DNA of 64,000 nt from Monocercomonoides exilis PA203 (lineage: Eukaryota > Protista > Preaxostyla), in assembly GCA_001643675.2 (NCBI GenBank), contig LSRY02000019.1, positions 1,302,001 through 1,366,000 on the forward strand, in the 5' to 3' direction. A model generated the notes under the pieces. It had not been told where the DNA came from. It was given only the letters and a program-made list of their open reading frames with translations, and searched no databases. Of this stretch, positions 1-12,612 are shown in pieces (within the stretch, counting starts at the first letter, position 1; every line of letters begins with the position of its first letter). Position numbers and translations under genes: made by a program.

Positions 1-639
1 TTTTCATAGATTCTTCAGAGACATTTTCCTTAAATGAATTGAAACTTTTATCTTCTTCAATATGTTTTAATTTGAATTATTCTTTTCATTACTATTATTC
101 TCCTGATGGCTCAACTTCTTCAATAGCAATTTCAACACACCCTGATTGAAAACCTTCGCCTGCTGTGCCCACAAACAAAAATTTTATTCACTTTATAAAA
201 GCAAATGTGAATCTTATTGGTGATCTTGGTATTTAAAAATAACTTTTTTTCTGTAACGTCACATACGGTTCCGAATGAGTGCAAAAAATTGTCGAAAGAT
301 GGTTTTTAATATAAATAAGTTTCCTCTTTTTCCGATGAAAATTGTCGTATCACATGAAGCGAAGACTTTGATGAGTTTATCGAACAAAAAATTATCCAAC
401 AATGAAAGCTTCGAATTTTCTTCTTCGAACATTCAGAATTTTATATTAAATCAATGAGCATTCTTCAGCATCATTTTGAGATTTGTATTCAGTTCTTTCA
501 TAAAAATATGAGAATTTCCAATATTAATTAAAATTGTAATGGTTGTGGGAACAGTAAATAATAAAAGCTTTCAAATAAGAAATTTAGCTTGTTTGTTTTG
601 ATCTTCTGCTCCTTTTTATGCTTCATTTATATAATGACT

Positions 640-890
640 GTGTGTGAAGCCAAAAGTCACTGACGTCAGTGATTTGTCAAAATTCCGATTTTCGCTTGCA
701 CGTCAGTGAAAATTTCATAATGGAAAATTCGATATTTTCAATTTTCCAAATAAATTATTTTTGAAAACATTTATTATAAAGAAACTTTGAAATAATTATG
801 TTGGTTTTTTGTTGTGACGTGGAAAAGACTGTCACGTTCGTCAAAAATCGAAAATGTCACGTCAGAAGTCAGCACGTCACCCAGGGTTAA
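640..890 (-). mobile_element. Probable terminus of a piggyBac-type DNA transposon extending left out of the window
   Basis: The plus strand ends ...cacccaggg (886) followed by TTAA (887-890), i.e. TTAA|CCCT on the minus strand, the typical piggyBac end and target site. The subterminal region has clustered (C/G)ACGT(CA) motifs and a perfect 16-bp palindrome tcactgacgtcagtga (657-672). No partner end or intact transposase is in the window. Confidence 0.5.
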
Positions 891-1039
891 TCACATTTTT
901 TCATTCAAGAGATTCAGTTCGAAAATATCCCTTGAATATCAACAAAATAAAACTGAACAGAAAAAAGGCTAATTCAAAAATATCTTAATCTTTATTTGGA
1001 CTTAACATTTGTTTTGATAGTAGTTTTGATAATTCAACA

Positions 1040-3460
1040 ATTCAAACACAAAGTCTCTTCCCAATGACAAACAACGTTTGAAAAATTGACACTCCGAAAA
1101 AAGTTATGATTTCAAAAATACACACCCATATCAGTTTTTGTTTTTATTCAAGTGAAGAAACATCAAAAATCAAAATTATTGAAATTTTTGTTAAATACTT
1201 TTTTTCTAATTGAATTAATTGATCTCTCGGATCATTCACTGGAAGAAAAACAACCAATTTTAATCTGAACTTTTTAATAGTTTTTTTTAAAAATTGAAAA
1301 TAAACATGGGACGATATTTTTTGCTTAATGAATTTTGTTCAATTCAATATTTTCTTATAATTTTCTCAATTTTTGTTTTTTTTTTCTGAAATTATTTGAA
1401 TTGTTGTGGTTGATTTGTGATGGAATGATAGCAGAAACAGTTCGAAACATATCACAGTTTTTTCATCCTCGCAATAATTTTGCCTCATGAGTTTTCGATG
1501 ATGAATAATTATTTTTCTGCAACATATCTGTGACATGACGTATTATAAAATCATATATTTGACAAAATGATGATGATGATGATGATATTATATCAAAACA
1601 TATATTTATGAAAAATGAAATAAACAAACAATAGCTAAATCTTAGATAAACTTTTTATATAGCTTTGGAAATTTTTTGTAGTTATCATTTGAAATATCTG
1701 TCTTTTTCTTTTTTTTCAGTAACGGTAAGTGATTGTTAAAGACAAATTGTAATAAATAATTTTTCAAATGACATTTCCAGTCAAAGAAATAACTGGAGGG
1801 AAATTGATCTTCAAAATTGCGAAATAAATAAATTAATAAAGCTTGAATTGTCACATATTGATTCATTGGTAATATTTACATATTGTCAAAAATTTTGGAA
1901 ACGAAAAGAATTTAAAATTTTGACAAATCGAAAAAATCTTTTCAGTCATTTAATCATTGTTTCAATTTCCTTTTGTCATATCACAGATGTCGAATTTTCG
2001 ATTGCAAATTTAAGCTAAAAATTATTTTAATAAACTTTATCGTTGTTGAATGCTTTTGTTGTGTTATTATATAAAAAAAGAAAAAGAGAAAGAGAAAGAA
2101 AAAAGGAAGGAATGAATGAAAAAAAGAAAATAAAGAATGAAAGAAAAGTTCAAAGTCAATTGTTACAAATTTGTAAAAATTGACGATCACATGATATCAT
2201 TTGATATCGATGTTTATTTAATAACAAGAAAAATTCAATAGCTCTAAGTATTTTTTTCAAAAAGTTTGAACATATGGGTTATTCTTTTTGAAAGGTCGCA
2301 AATGTTTAATATCCTCGTTGAATAATAATGTTCCTTTTTAATAATTTTTATAAAATGGAATGATCAATCCAAATCATGTTGATAATGAGAACATAAAAAC
2401 ATAACAGATGCGAGAATGTGTGCATTGCGGAAAATTTGGATGGATTAATTGAGAAAAAGTGATAAAATTGGGTTCAATTTTATCTAACCAGGTCATTATG
2501 CATTTGCAACTTTTCTTAAAAAAAAACATGTAATGTTTGAAAAGAAAAACCAACACAAATTATTGTTATTGTTAAAACTTCATTATTGATTCTTCAATAA
2601 AATGTTGCTTTTTTTCACGATTTGATTTTTTATTATCTCTCTCTTATTGAAAAATGGAGTTATTTTAAAAATAATTTTAACGGTTACTCAAATTCGAAAT
2701 GTTATTATTTCAGACATCATGAGACATTCAAATAATGGCCAAGGAAAGAATGCCATTTTGAAACTTTTCTCATTTTAAAAATACATTTAATGATAATTAT
2801 TGAACAAATTTTCATTATTCTTTATTATCAAAAAAAATTAATGAATAAATTAATTTGGATAAAAGCTGATCTTTTAAGAAATCATTTTATTGTTCGAATT
2901 TTGATCAAAATTTAATTTTTGATGGGAATGTGGGAAAATATATGACTAATCCTTTTTGAAATCATGCTTTCGTTTAAGTTTTGATCAAAATTTTTATCTC
3001 AATGGGATTCTTGTGAAAATTTTGTTTCTGCAATAACAACATCAAAAACAATGTGTATTATCAGTTTTGTTCAATTTTTCAAAATCACATTGAGACAAAA
3101 TTTTTGATCAAAACTCGAACGAATGTTTGATTATGCGATGTATCATAAATATTTTAATGAATGTTTCTTATTGATTATTATATGTGTTATTCTTTTTTTT
3201 TTAGTCGCAAATGTTTAATGTTCAGGCTTATTGAAATTTTGTATTTTGAACATGAATATTTTTTGTTTATCAGAAACATAAAACTGAAATACAAAATTTT
3301 GCACATTGAAAAATTATTATTATTCCATTTTATTTGAGGGAGATTTTAATACGGACCAGTTGAAAGAATTTGGGTGATTATTTTTGAAATCATAATTTTT
3401 TTCGGGGAGTTGATTTTTCAAAGGTTGTTTGTCATTGGGATGAGATTTTGAATTCAAATG
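1040..3460. repeat. Dispersed two-motif repeat family, left cluster
   Basis: Motif A (TGGGTGATTATTTTTGAAATCAT) occurs at 1106-1128 (reverse, variant) and 3371-3393. Similarity extends to a ~90-bp inverted pair, ~1040-1130 vs ~3370-3460. Motif B (..TTTTGATCAAAA..ATCTCAATGGG) occurs at ~2891, ~2974 and ~3090 (reverse). Confidence 0.75.
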
Positions 3461-4280
3461 ATTTATTATTCACAAATTTTTGAAAAATATATGAATCTGC
3501 ATAAATAAAGAAGAATATGTTTTGAATATACCTTTTCACTTTTCATTGATAAATAATATTTTTTCAAGTGAAATTTTTGAATCGAAATTTTTGATAAAGA
3601 AAATATGGTTTCAAAAATAATTACGCATTTATCGAAATTTTATTATTTCGAATTTCCTGTTTATTTTATTATTTTGTTTTTTCTGAAAGAATAATTCATA
3701 TATTCAAAAATATTGACAATGAGAAAATAAACAAACAAACAAAAAAGAAAACACAATGAACAACAATTGAAGATAAGAGAAACATATTTAAATAAGGTTA
3801 GATAGTTTTCGTTGGAACTGCATTTTTATAAAATATATATTCATATCTGATAATGATTATTTCAAATTTGAAAAACAAAAAACAGTATTTTTTTAAAAAT
3901 TGAACTTAAAAGATATATTAACAAAAAATATAAAATCTCTTGAATAAAAATTCTCTCCTCTGTATGCCATACGAAAACGTGTGTGAAAGAATTTTTGAAG
4001 TTTTTATTTTTTATTTCAGAAATTTTTATTTGAAATTTTGTTTCGAATACTTGTTAACTGATCACAATAAAGTGATTAAAGTTAAAAAAAACATTACTAT
4101 TTTGTTTTCATTTGTCACATTGGATTTTGATAAAACTTTTAAATATAAATCATTTGAATTATAATATTTCTGGCAAAAGACAAAATGCTTATTTGATAAT
4201 CAACACCCTGAAAACAAATAATACTTCTTAAAAAATAATTACCTATTCATATCATCATAATCATTTTTTTTTTAAATGTG

Positions 4281-4284
<4 letters not shown>

Positions 4285-4324
<40 letters not shown>
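4285..4324 (+). repeat. Poly-T homopolymer (~40 nt)
   Basis: Directly visible. Confidence 0.95.
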
Positions 4325-4325
<1 letters not shown>

Positions 4326-4481
4326 GTTGTTGTTGCGAAACTTCATTTTGAAAAAGAGAGTGAAAATGAAAAGTATTCATAAAATTGTTCGAGCACTTTA
4401 TTATTCCTTGCTATTTTTTGAAATGATGCAAAAAGAAAAAAATTTCAATTTGAATTTCAAAATTCGTTTTGCCTTGGCTCA

Positions 4482-5888
4482 TTAAATATACACAAGATAA
4501 TCCATCAATTTAAATGATAATATAGTTATGTATTTCCTTCTCAAAAAAGTGAATGTTTCGCGAAAACTAGTTACCATATCTTCGAACCCTTCTTCTTCAA
4601 ACTTTTCAAAAATCATCTTTTTGTCTGCTTTTCTTTTTGCTTCATCAGTTTCATTATCTGTCTTTTTTTTCAGTATTCCGCAAAAGTTCAAATAGAACAA
4701 TAAGCAATTGGTTGTAATTTTGTCCTCCAAAGTTGATTGCTGCATCTCCTCTGAAATTATATCAATAACTCCTTCCTTTTGTAAGATATCTGCACTGACA
4801 ATTTTATAATGAACTAAGTGATAACAAAAAGAGATATATTTTTCAGATAAATTCCTTTCGTTCTTTCTAACTTCTTTTAACAGTTTTGTAAAACTACGAA
4901 TAAGTCCAAAAAATTCTTCCTTCCTGAATTCGATATACTGAAATGTGAATTGGACAAGATCTATCCATTTTGATATTATCCATATTTCTTTTTTAACTTT
5001 TTCTCTTTTCACTTCCTTTCCTCTTTTCCGATCCACGCACCTTAAAAGCTCTTCCAATTCTCTTGTCATCTCTCTCATAAAATGCAGTTCATTCACAATC
5101 ATTTCTTTCAAACTTCCATTGCCAAATAATCTTAAAGTCAAAAATTGCCAGGCCGATTGATACGCAAGTCGCGTCAGATTGTGATGCTTCTGATGATATT
5201 GAATAATCTCTTTGATCTCATTCAAATACAGTTCTTTTTCAAAAATCTGAAACAAAAACAAGAAAAAAAAGCAAAAATGTCAAAATGGGAAAAATGTTTT
5301 CAAACCTGATATCCAACATTGCCCAAGGCAAGAAGAGCCATTTCCACATCTTTTTGAGTCTCCTCGCTTTCCTCTTTATTTAATGCAATTTTCAGGACAC
5401 AGGGTACGCAAATCGATAATAATTTTGTTGGAAAATAGTTACTCAGAGAAATATAGCATAGACAAAGATCATCCAGAAGTGTTTCACTCTTTCCTTTTTG
5501 ATTCTTCTCATCAACAATCATCCTTTCCAAGCGTTTGCTCAAAAAAGAATACGTAAAGCCTTTAATCCGCTCAAATTTCAATGCTTTCCAATATCCAAAA
5601 TGTTTCAGAAGTTGAATCATATTTTTCAAAGGCAATTTATTTTGTATAATCATTTTGGAAATTTTGTTAAACATTTCAAGGTTAAAAATGGATTTAAATT
5701 CTTCTTCATCCATCTTTTCAACAAGAGAATTTATTTCCTCAATTTTCTGCTTTTGCTCAATCTCATTGTAATGTTCAAGCTTTGAAAAACAATCTGAAAA
5801 TAATGAAGAAAACATATAATAATCAAGAATTTAAATGCAACAACAATAACGCACCAGTGAATCTTTCGGTTGTATTCTTTGTCTGCAT
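4482..5888 (-). CDS. Lineage-specific helical protein of the 'HHNLTRLAYQSAWQFL' family, 3 exons, 428 aa
   Basis: Exons 5888-5855, 5793-5306 and 5246-4482 join through GT-AG introns into one frame. It is paralogous to 20148..21552, with the same intron positions and phases. Confidence 0.85.
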
Positions 5889-6791
5889 TAATGAAACGTA
5901 TTTTAATCAGACAGCATAAGAATTGAGCCATTCAAATGAAAAACAAAAAACACAGAAAGAACAGAAAAGCATATTTCTAAAATTTAAAACAGTCATGAAA
6001 ATATAAATGTTCGTACCATTCCATATACTATTAGTATTTTTTCAGAAGTAACTATTGAGAAATACAATGATTAATAATTTTGAGTTTGTTGTTATGGCAT
6101 TCAAGATCATTGGATATCAATGACTGATATTATTAATCCATTGAAGAGCGATCTCGAAAAAACTTTTGCTTGAGAATAAGAAACAATAATTCCCATGGAG
6201 GTATTAGGAAATGACAGAGGAGAATAGAGCGTTGAATAAATGGAGATTTTTGAAATTTGGAATTCAAAGGAAACTCAACAGAAGAAAATTTGAATGAAGA
6301 TATTTGGATGCTTGTATTTTTATTTCTTTAATCATTACCAAGATATTTATACACTTTCCTTTTCAAAAACCATGAATGTGACAAAGTATTGAAACAAAGA
6401 ATCTTTTCAAATTTGTTGCAAATAACATGAAGGAGAGATGAATCCTAAGTTCCATTTTGAAAAAAATAGGATAAAAGTTTGAATTAAATTCTCTCAATAT
6501 TTTGTTTGGAAATGCAATGAAAGAAATAAAAATGATAAGAATTATTTGATAAATTGCGAATGAAAAGTTCAATGAAGAATGAAAATGAAATCAGTCCAAT
6601 TTGTGCAACGTTCTGGTTAAAAAGAAAGGAAAGTTGAATGAGGTGATTTCAGCAAAGAAAGTGATCGGAAAATTTGTGAACTGAAAATCTCAGAAAATGG
6701 AATAGTGAAGAAAACAATGGAAAAGGAGGTTTTTAAAGAATCATTTTTTTGTTGTTCGTTTAAAGGATAACACTCAACAAATTTTTAAAGC

Positions 6792-7113
6792 TGGGTAATT
6801 ATTTTTGAAATCATAACTTTTTTCGGTCTTCTGTTTTTTCAAAGATTGTTAGTTTTTTTAAAAAAAATTTTGTGAATTCAAAAAAGAAAAAGCATGATAA
6901 CTGTTTTCAAAACAAATGTTGAAACAGAATTATGGATAAAAATGTCTTTAACAATCATTTTTCACTTTTAAAAGTTGGCTGATCCTTTTTGATATCATTA
7001 TTTCGTTGGAGTTTTGATCAAAATTATTATCTCAATGGGATTTTTATGGAAATGACCGATATCGGAAAATACAAACATCTCATATTGATATGGGTGATTT
7101 TTTTTGAAATCAT
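6792..7113 (+). repeat. A-B-A block of the dispersed repeat family
   Basis: Motif A variants at 6792-6814 and 7091-7113; motif B at ~6977-7040. Confidence 0.75.
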
Positions 7114-8474
7114 ATTTTTTTTCGGCCTCAAAAATATACCATTAAAAACATAACAAATAATTACCTTTTGTGACAATAATTTATCGAAAAATCATTATTG
7201 TTTGAAAAAACTGTGTTTTCATTAAAATATTTAGCAATAATCAACTTGATATTTTTTGAAACCCATAAGTTTTCAAAACATTGGCGAAAACTCTTGTTAT
7301 TTCAAAAAATTTTATCAAAACAGAAATGATTCGCTGCAAATGTTGACTTGCGTGGACTTATTTATTAAAGTTTCTTTAAAAACGTTATTAATAAAAGAAA
7401 TATCAAGCTTTGAGAATTATTCATTTGTTTTGTTTTAATCATGATATGGAACAAATTTTTCCAATTAATTCATCTCTTATTAGATATTGAAGTGTTTGAA
7501 TAAGATTTTTATTTCTTGCATTATTTTATTGGCAGAGTTCTATCCATGAATATCGATTCAGATCACTTTTGAAGTATTCATTTTTTATCAATTCACAGAG
7601 GATGAAATATTTCGAAAAGAATCTATGCAGAAATCAGTTTCAGTTTGCTGAATTTCTCTAAAGAGTTCGAATTTCAGATAATGCACTTATCTAGCTTTTC
7701 TTTTCATTTCTTAATTTAAAAAAATGATCGATAATTTCAAACAAGATCTTCATCATTTTTAGAATTCATTGTTGTTCTGCTTCAATTATTTTGTTACCAA
7801 TTCTGAAGAACTCCGCAATTCAGTCAGTATCTTTGGATATCGTCTTGGAACATCATCACTCTTGTTCATTTGTTTGAAACGAACAAAAGAAAAATCGGAT
7901 TTTCAGTTATGTGGATAACTGACTTTAAATATGTGATAGCCATTCATTATCTTTACATTATTATCGAGATTTTTTTATTGAAGCTCTTCACTTGTGACAA
8001 ACAAATATGGATTTCAGACTGATCACATATTTTTCAATCCACTGCATTCAATGAAATCTCTTTCAACTTTTTCTTTTTCAGAATATATTTATGCATCCAT
8101 TTAATATCTCCTTATAATTTTTCTTTGAGCAACTTTTCATTCAAAGCAATTTTTAAACTTCAAAAAAAGTTTTCTCATTTATATTATAATATTTTTAATA
8201 CTGAAAACAATAAAACATTCAAAAAAACGCACGTTTATAAATTAAATATATGCGGAAATAGAAGTGTAATAAAATAAGAAATACATCGACAAATTGTTTG
8301 AATCCTATTAAAAATTTTCAATTAAAGTTATAATAAACAAAAATGTGTTTTTCCAAATTTACAGGATATTCAACTTCAAAAATTTTCATAAATTTAAATA
8401 TATGTGAATACAATAATAAAACAAAAAGATGTGTCGACACAATTCAATAACAAACTTTTATAAAAAAAGTGACT

Positions 8475-8721
8475 AATATTGAATGTTAAATTTTTGTTCC
8501 ACAAGAAAGCCCACCCTGGGAGGCTGATTCTGGACCCAAAGCCTTCAAGTGGCTGTATTGGACCGGTCACAATACTGCCACAGGACGGAATCAGCCTAGC
8601 CTCAAATCTTTAACTATTCAAGAAAAAGAACGAGGTACCTTGAAAGTTTAGCCTTTCGGTTGACATTCAAGGCTTGAGCAGCAGGCTTTTCAAACGGAAC
8701 ATAAATCAAAAGTTCAATATT
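8475..8721 (-). ncRNA. Putative structured RNA element (multi-stem junction) immediately 3' of the transposase-USP gene
   Basis: A GC-enriched island with nested complementary segments (plus strand): aatattgaa/ttcaatatt, tgttcc/ggaaca, aaagcc/ggcttt, aggctgattc/gaatcagcct, gtggctgtattg/caatactgccac, cctc..tcttt/aaaga..gagg, ccttgaa/ttcaagg. There is a cc-GAAA-gg tetraloop on the minus strand. Strand is assigned tentatively. Confidence 0.6.
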
Positions 8722-8741
8722 CAAAACAAAACAATTTCAAC

Positions 8742-11700
8742 TCAAAAGACAGCTTCATTATTATTAAAATCATCACTCTCAAAATAATTACAAAAAATTT
8801 TTTTCCTATCTTTAAGAATCTTTAAAGTGTATTCGCCAAGTGATAATGAGCGACTTTCTCCAGTCGTCCTGTTGAATTTTTTCCTTATTCTCTCATCTCT
8901 GCTTCTCTCTTCTTTGAAAGGGATTTTCTCAGTTCCTCTCAAATTTTTTGGTGTGACTATCGATCGAAAAATTTCGTTTCCTCTTTTTTCGTAGAAGAGA
9001 TATTTCTTCAATGATATAACATTTAATTTTCTCCACAGTATTTTGTTGGATGGATTGTATCTAATTATAAATAATAAAATTAACACAAAAAATTGATAAA
9101 AAATATTAAAACTGTTTCAATAACAATCAAACTTTAAGAAATATCGAAAAGTTTCGTTCCTATTTTGGCTTAAGTTTTGATTATTCGCACTCGACAATAA
9201 TGAATTTGTTTGAAAAAATTCAACTAAATCATCAATGTTGTAAATCACTGTTTGATCATCTAAATAATTGTTCATTAACCTCGATAAATATCCAAATTCT
9301 GCGTCACACTCACACTTTCCATGTTTTTCTCCAAAGAAAGAGAGAGTGGAACGTTTGTTTTTCATTTGAGGAGAAGAATCAGATAAAATAAAATGCAAAA
9401 CGTTTGAGTTTCTGAAATGTGTGCCTGTGTCGCACATAAAGTGATAATCCGTTATTTCTTTAAGAATGGGGTTTGTCAGGACACTCTGCAAACACTCAAT
9501 CGTAAACCTGTAATCATGAGACAAATTATTTGAGAAATAATTGAAAATATGTTTTTCAATTTTCCTATTAGATCCACGTTTGTAAACGATAATACAAAGC
9601 TGTGAAATTTCTTCTTTTTCATAGAAATCACGACTCACTGAATTCCGTCTTATCGGAGCTATCCAGTTTTCTTTAAAATCGAATAATATGAGCGCTTCTC
9701 CATTATTAAGATTCTGTTTCATGAATCGAAAATGTGTTTGCTGATGATGTGCAATTATCTTGTGGTTTTGAATCAGCTCCATTGTTTCCACATCTCTTTT
9801 GTCCAAAGTTTTTCCAAGTGATTTCAAAGTTTCCCTTTTTTTGACTAGTGATTCATATTTTTCACACAGATCGCATAAATCTGTTCTTCTTTTTGCTCGT
9901 TTTAGATGTGCAGTTCGTTTGTAAAATGAACTCGCAGACATTTTGATGTTTAACAATTTGAACTTTTCGTAAAGTTTTATCTTTGGGATGTTGATGAGCC
10001 TTGTTTGAGGTTTTGCATTGGCTGCATCATTGCCATTACACGATGTGAAAAAAGAAAATTGGTTTGATAGTTGTTCTTCAGAATAGACATTGGAAAATGA
10101 ATGTGAATGACTTGTTTGAAATGAAATGTTATTGTTGCAACATCTTTCAGAAGATGATGAATTTCCAGCCTCTTCTCCTTGATTATTTTCCGATATGTGA
10201 AGCTGAATCGGATGTTGATACTGAAGTGAGCTTCGAGGAATACATGATGATTGTGAAGGACTAGATAATGTTGAATCATTTGTGATATCAGATGTGAAGT
10301 GTTTTTGTTTGTTGTTTGCAGATGAGGAAGGAATAGCAATATTTGTATTGTGACTGATATTAATTTGCTCAAATTGGTATCCATTGTTTTGATGTGAGTG
10401 TGAAATGTTAGAATATTGTGAAGTGTTTGTATCCTCGAAGTGAATATCTGAAGCGTTGAAATGTACAGTGGATTTTTCTTTTGCTGTTTTTGTAAAAAAC
10501 AAATTCGGAGATTCTGGATTATTCACTGCATAGTTTTCTCTAAGACAAATTTGCATGAAAATGGATAGGAGTGGTCTTGATCCATTTGAAATATGTTTGT
10601 TTATTTCTTCATTTATAGGTTTTGAAATTGATAAAATATTTCCATCATTGCATAAAATCCATTTTTCTGAATGCCTTGAATGAGAATCGAATAATGAATC
10701 ATCAATTCTTCTCAAGCAAAAAAAATGACCATTATCATTGTCACCGTTGTAGAATAGTTGTCCAATAAGAGTGTAATTGTGAGCGTTTAAATAATGAATG
10801 TCACTCAAAACTTGTTTCCCTTGAATGCTAGAGAAACTGATATTCTGAGGCACGTGCGTGTTTGAATGTTGAATGTTACTGGGGTCTTCCAATGCAATGA
10901 ATAAAAATTTTGGAAAGTTCTCAATGTTCAAAAAAGAATCATGATATGTGTTTTGACCACAAAGTTCGCAATATGCTTCTTTATTATTTGAATTATCCGA
11001 ATTCACAATGGATGCATCATTGAAAGCATCAACAATATTGTGACCCTGCAACCTTATTAACGATGAAATTTCTATTGGACCTTCAGATCGAATGTTGCAT
11101 TTTGAACAAATTTTTGGAAAGCTGAGTGTTGATTTAATATTATTATTCAATTTTGGTGTTGTGCTGCATAAATCTTGGCAAAAATCAAAAAACGAAATGT
11201 AAAATTCTTGTTGATCATCATGTCTCAAATTATGATTCTTCTCCCATTTTTTCGTTAATAATTTGTTCCATGATTTTTTGAAATTTGAATTTGATGGTTT
11301 CAACTTATCAAAGCTGTTATTGACAAGAGAGTTTAGCTGTGAATGAAATTTATCGATTTTCCCCTTCCGAATATCAAATACTCCTCCATATTTGAAGACA
11401 GAACGAAAGACTTGAATCAGTGATGCCAAACAGCATGTATTACCTAAATTGGGAAGTGCAAGACTTGTCAACAAAGACTTGTCTTCTGACGCATTTGAAA
11501 GTTCAACTTGAGATGATAATTCTGCATCTGAAGTATTCCTTATATCAGAGTTGTTTCCAGATAAAATTTGAACTGAATTGTTGTCATTGCTCTCGTCATT
11601 AATCATTGAATTATTTGTTTGTCTCATTGTCAAGGATTCATTTGGATTATCAAATGAAAACCAATCGTTGTCAAAATAAGCTTGAGACCTTGTTAAAACT

Positions 11701-12612
11701 GAATTCGTTGAATTGTCTTGAAAATCCTCTGTTGAACTTTCGATATCCATATGATTCCATTCAGAAGTTTGAATACTCTGATTTGAAACAGAACGTTCGT
11801 TAATTTCACGCGGAGTGATATTATTTTGAGAAAAATAATTTCTTAAGGGATCGATGTCAGGTTCCATGTTCGAATCCGAGTTTAAAATTGCGAAATCATC
11901 ATCAATTATTTGTGAGGAATCTTAACAAATACAAATAAAATAAGAAAAAAAATATCAAAAGAAAAATGTGAAGATAAAACAATAACAAAAAAAAACTTTT
12001 TTTTGAACGAGATAGTCTGCATATTGACTCAGAAGATTCTGTGGAATTTTCAATCAAAAACTTTTCAAATTTTTGTTGATCTTGTGGACTCAGTTCTAAA
12101 AAAGAATTAATAGAAATTTAAAAAATAGTTATATAATAACAAACTAGATTTCGAAGGTGGTGTAGGTGGCTTGTCCGGAATGAAAATATCAAAAGACTCT
12201 GTTGATCCGGTTTGTTTTGCATGTGCATAATTTCCTAGCGTGCACTCAAAGCCAAGCTCGCGGAGTTGGTGAAAACTGTATTCGAAGCACACACACTTTA
12301 GTATTGCAACTTTTGTGTGCAAGTTTTTCTCTTTATTGTACAGACTGGCCAGACGAAGAGTAACAAATTTATTTGTATCTGAGTTGAAAAATATCAAACA
12401 AACAACAAAGAATTAATCATCAAAGAATTCATCAATAACATACCATCAAAAATACTTTGAATCTTTGTAAAAATTTTCTTTCCAAAATTTGTATGTAAAA
12501 ACATATGATTCATCAACTCCACAACTTGGTTCGATGATTTTTTATTCATAAAAGTCCACACATATGAGCATATTTCACTTTTGCGAGAAGGTGAAAGTTC
12601 CGAAAACATCAT
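8742..12612 (-). CDS. Sola2-like DDD transposase with an inserted ubiquitin-specific protease (USP/peptidase C19) domain, 5 exons, 1202 aa
   Basis: Exons 12612-12444, 12378-12145, 12095-11997, 11920-9133 and 9060-8742 (GT-AG introns of 65, 49, 76 and 72 bp) give an uninterrupted 3609-nt frame. USP motifs: LPNLGNTC (Cys box), DDQQEF, two CxxC, GHF..WILCND (His box). Transposase motifs: TDLCDLC, LFDFKEN, MCDTGTHFRN, HGKCECDAEFG. Confidence 0.85.

Noticed and set aside
4285-4324. Poly-A (minus strand) downstream of the 4482 gene as a retrocopy tail
   Set aside because: The gene retains its introns and no target-site duplication is visible.
7540-8100. Possible second minus-strand gene downstream of the transposase
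   Set aside because: Every frame examined has many stops and no recognisable motif.
8475-8721. Structured element as SRP RNA, RNase P/MRP, U snRNA, SECIS, hammerhead or HDV ribozyme
   Set aside because: Diagnostic motifs (SRP helix-8 loop, CR-I/CR-V spacing, Sm site with a U1/U2 5' end, CUGAnGA, HDV nested pseudoknot) were not found by eye. An Rfam search is still needed.
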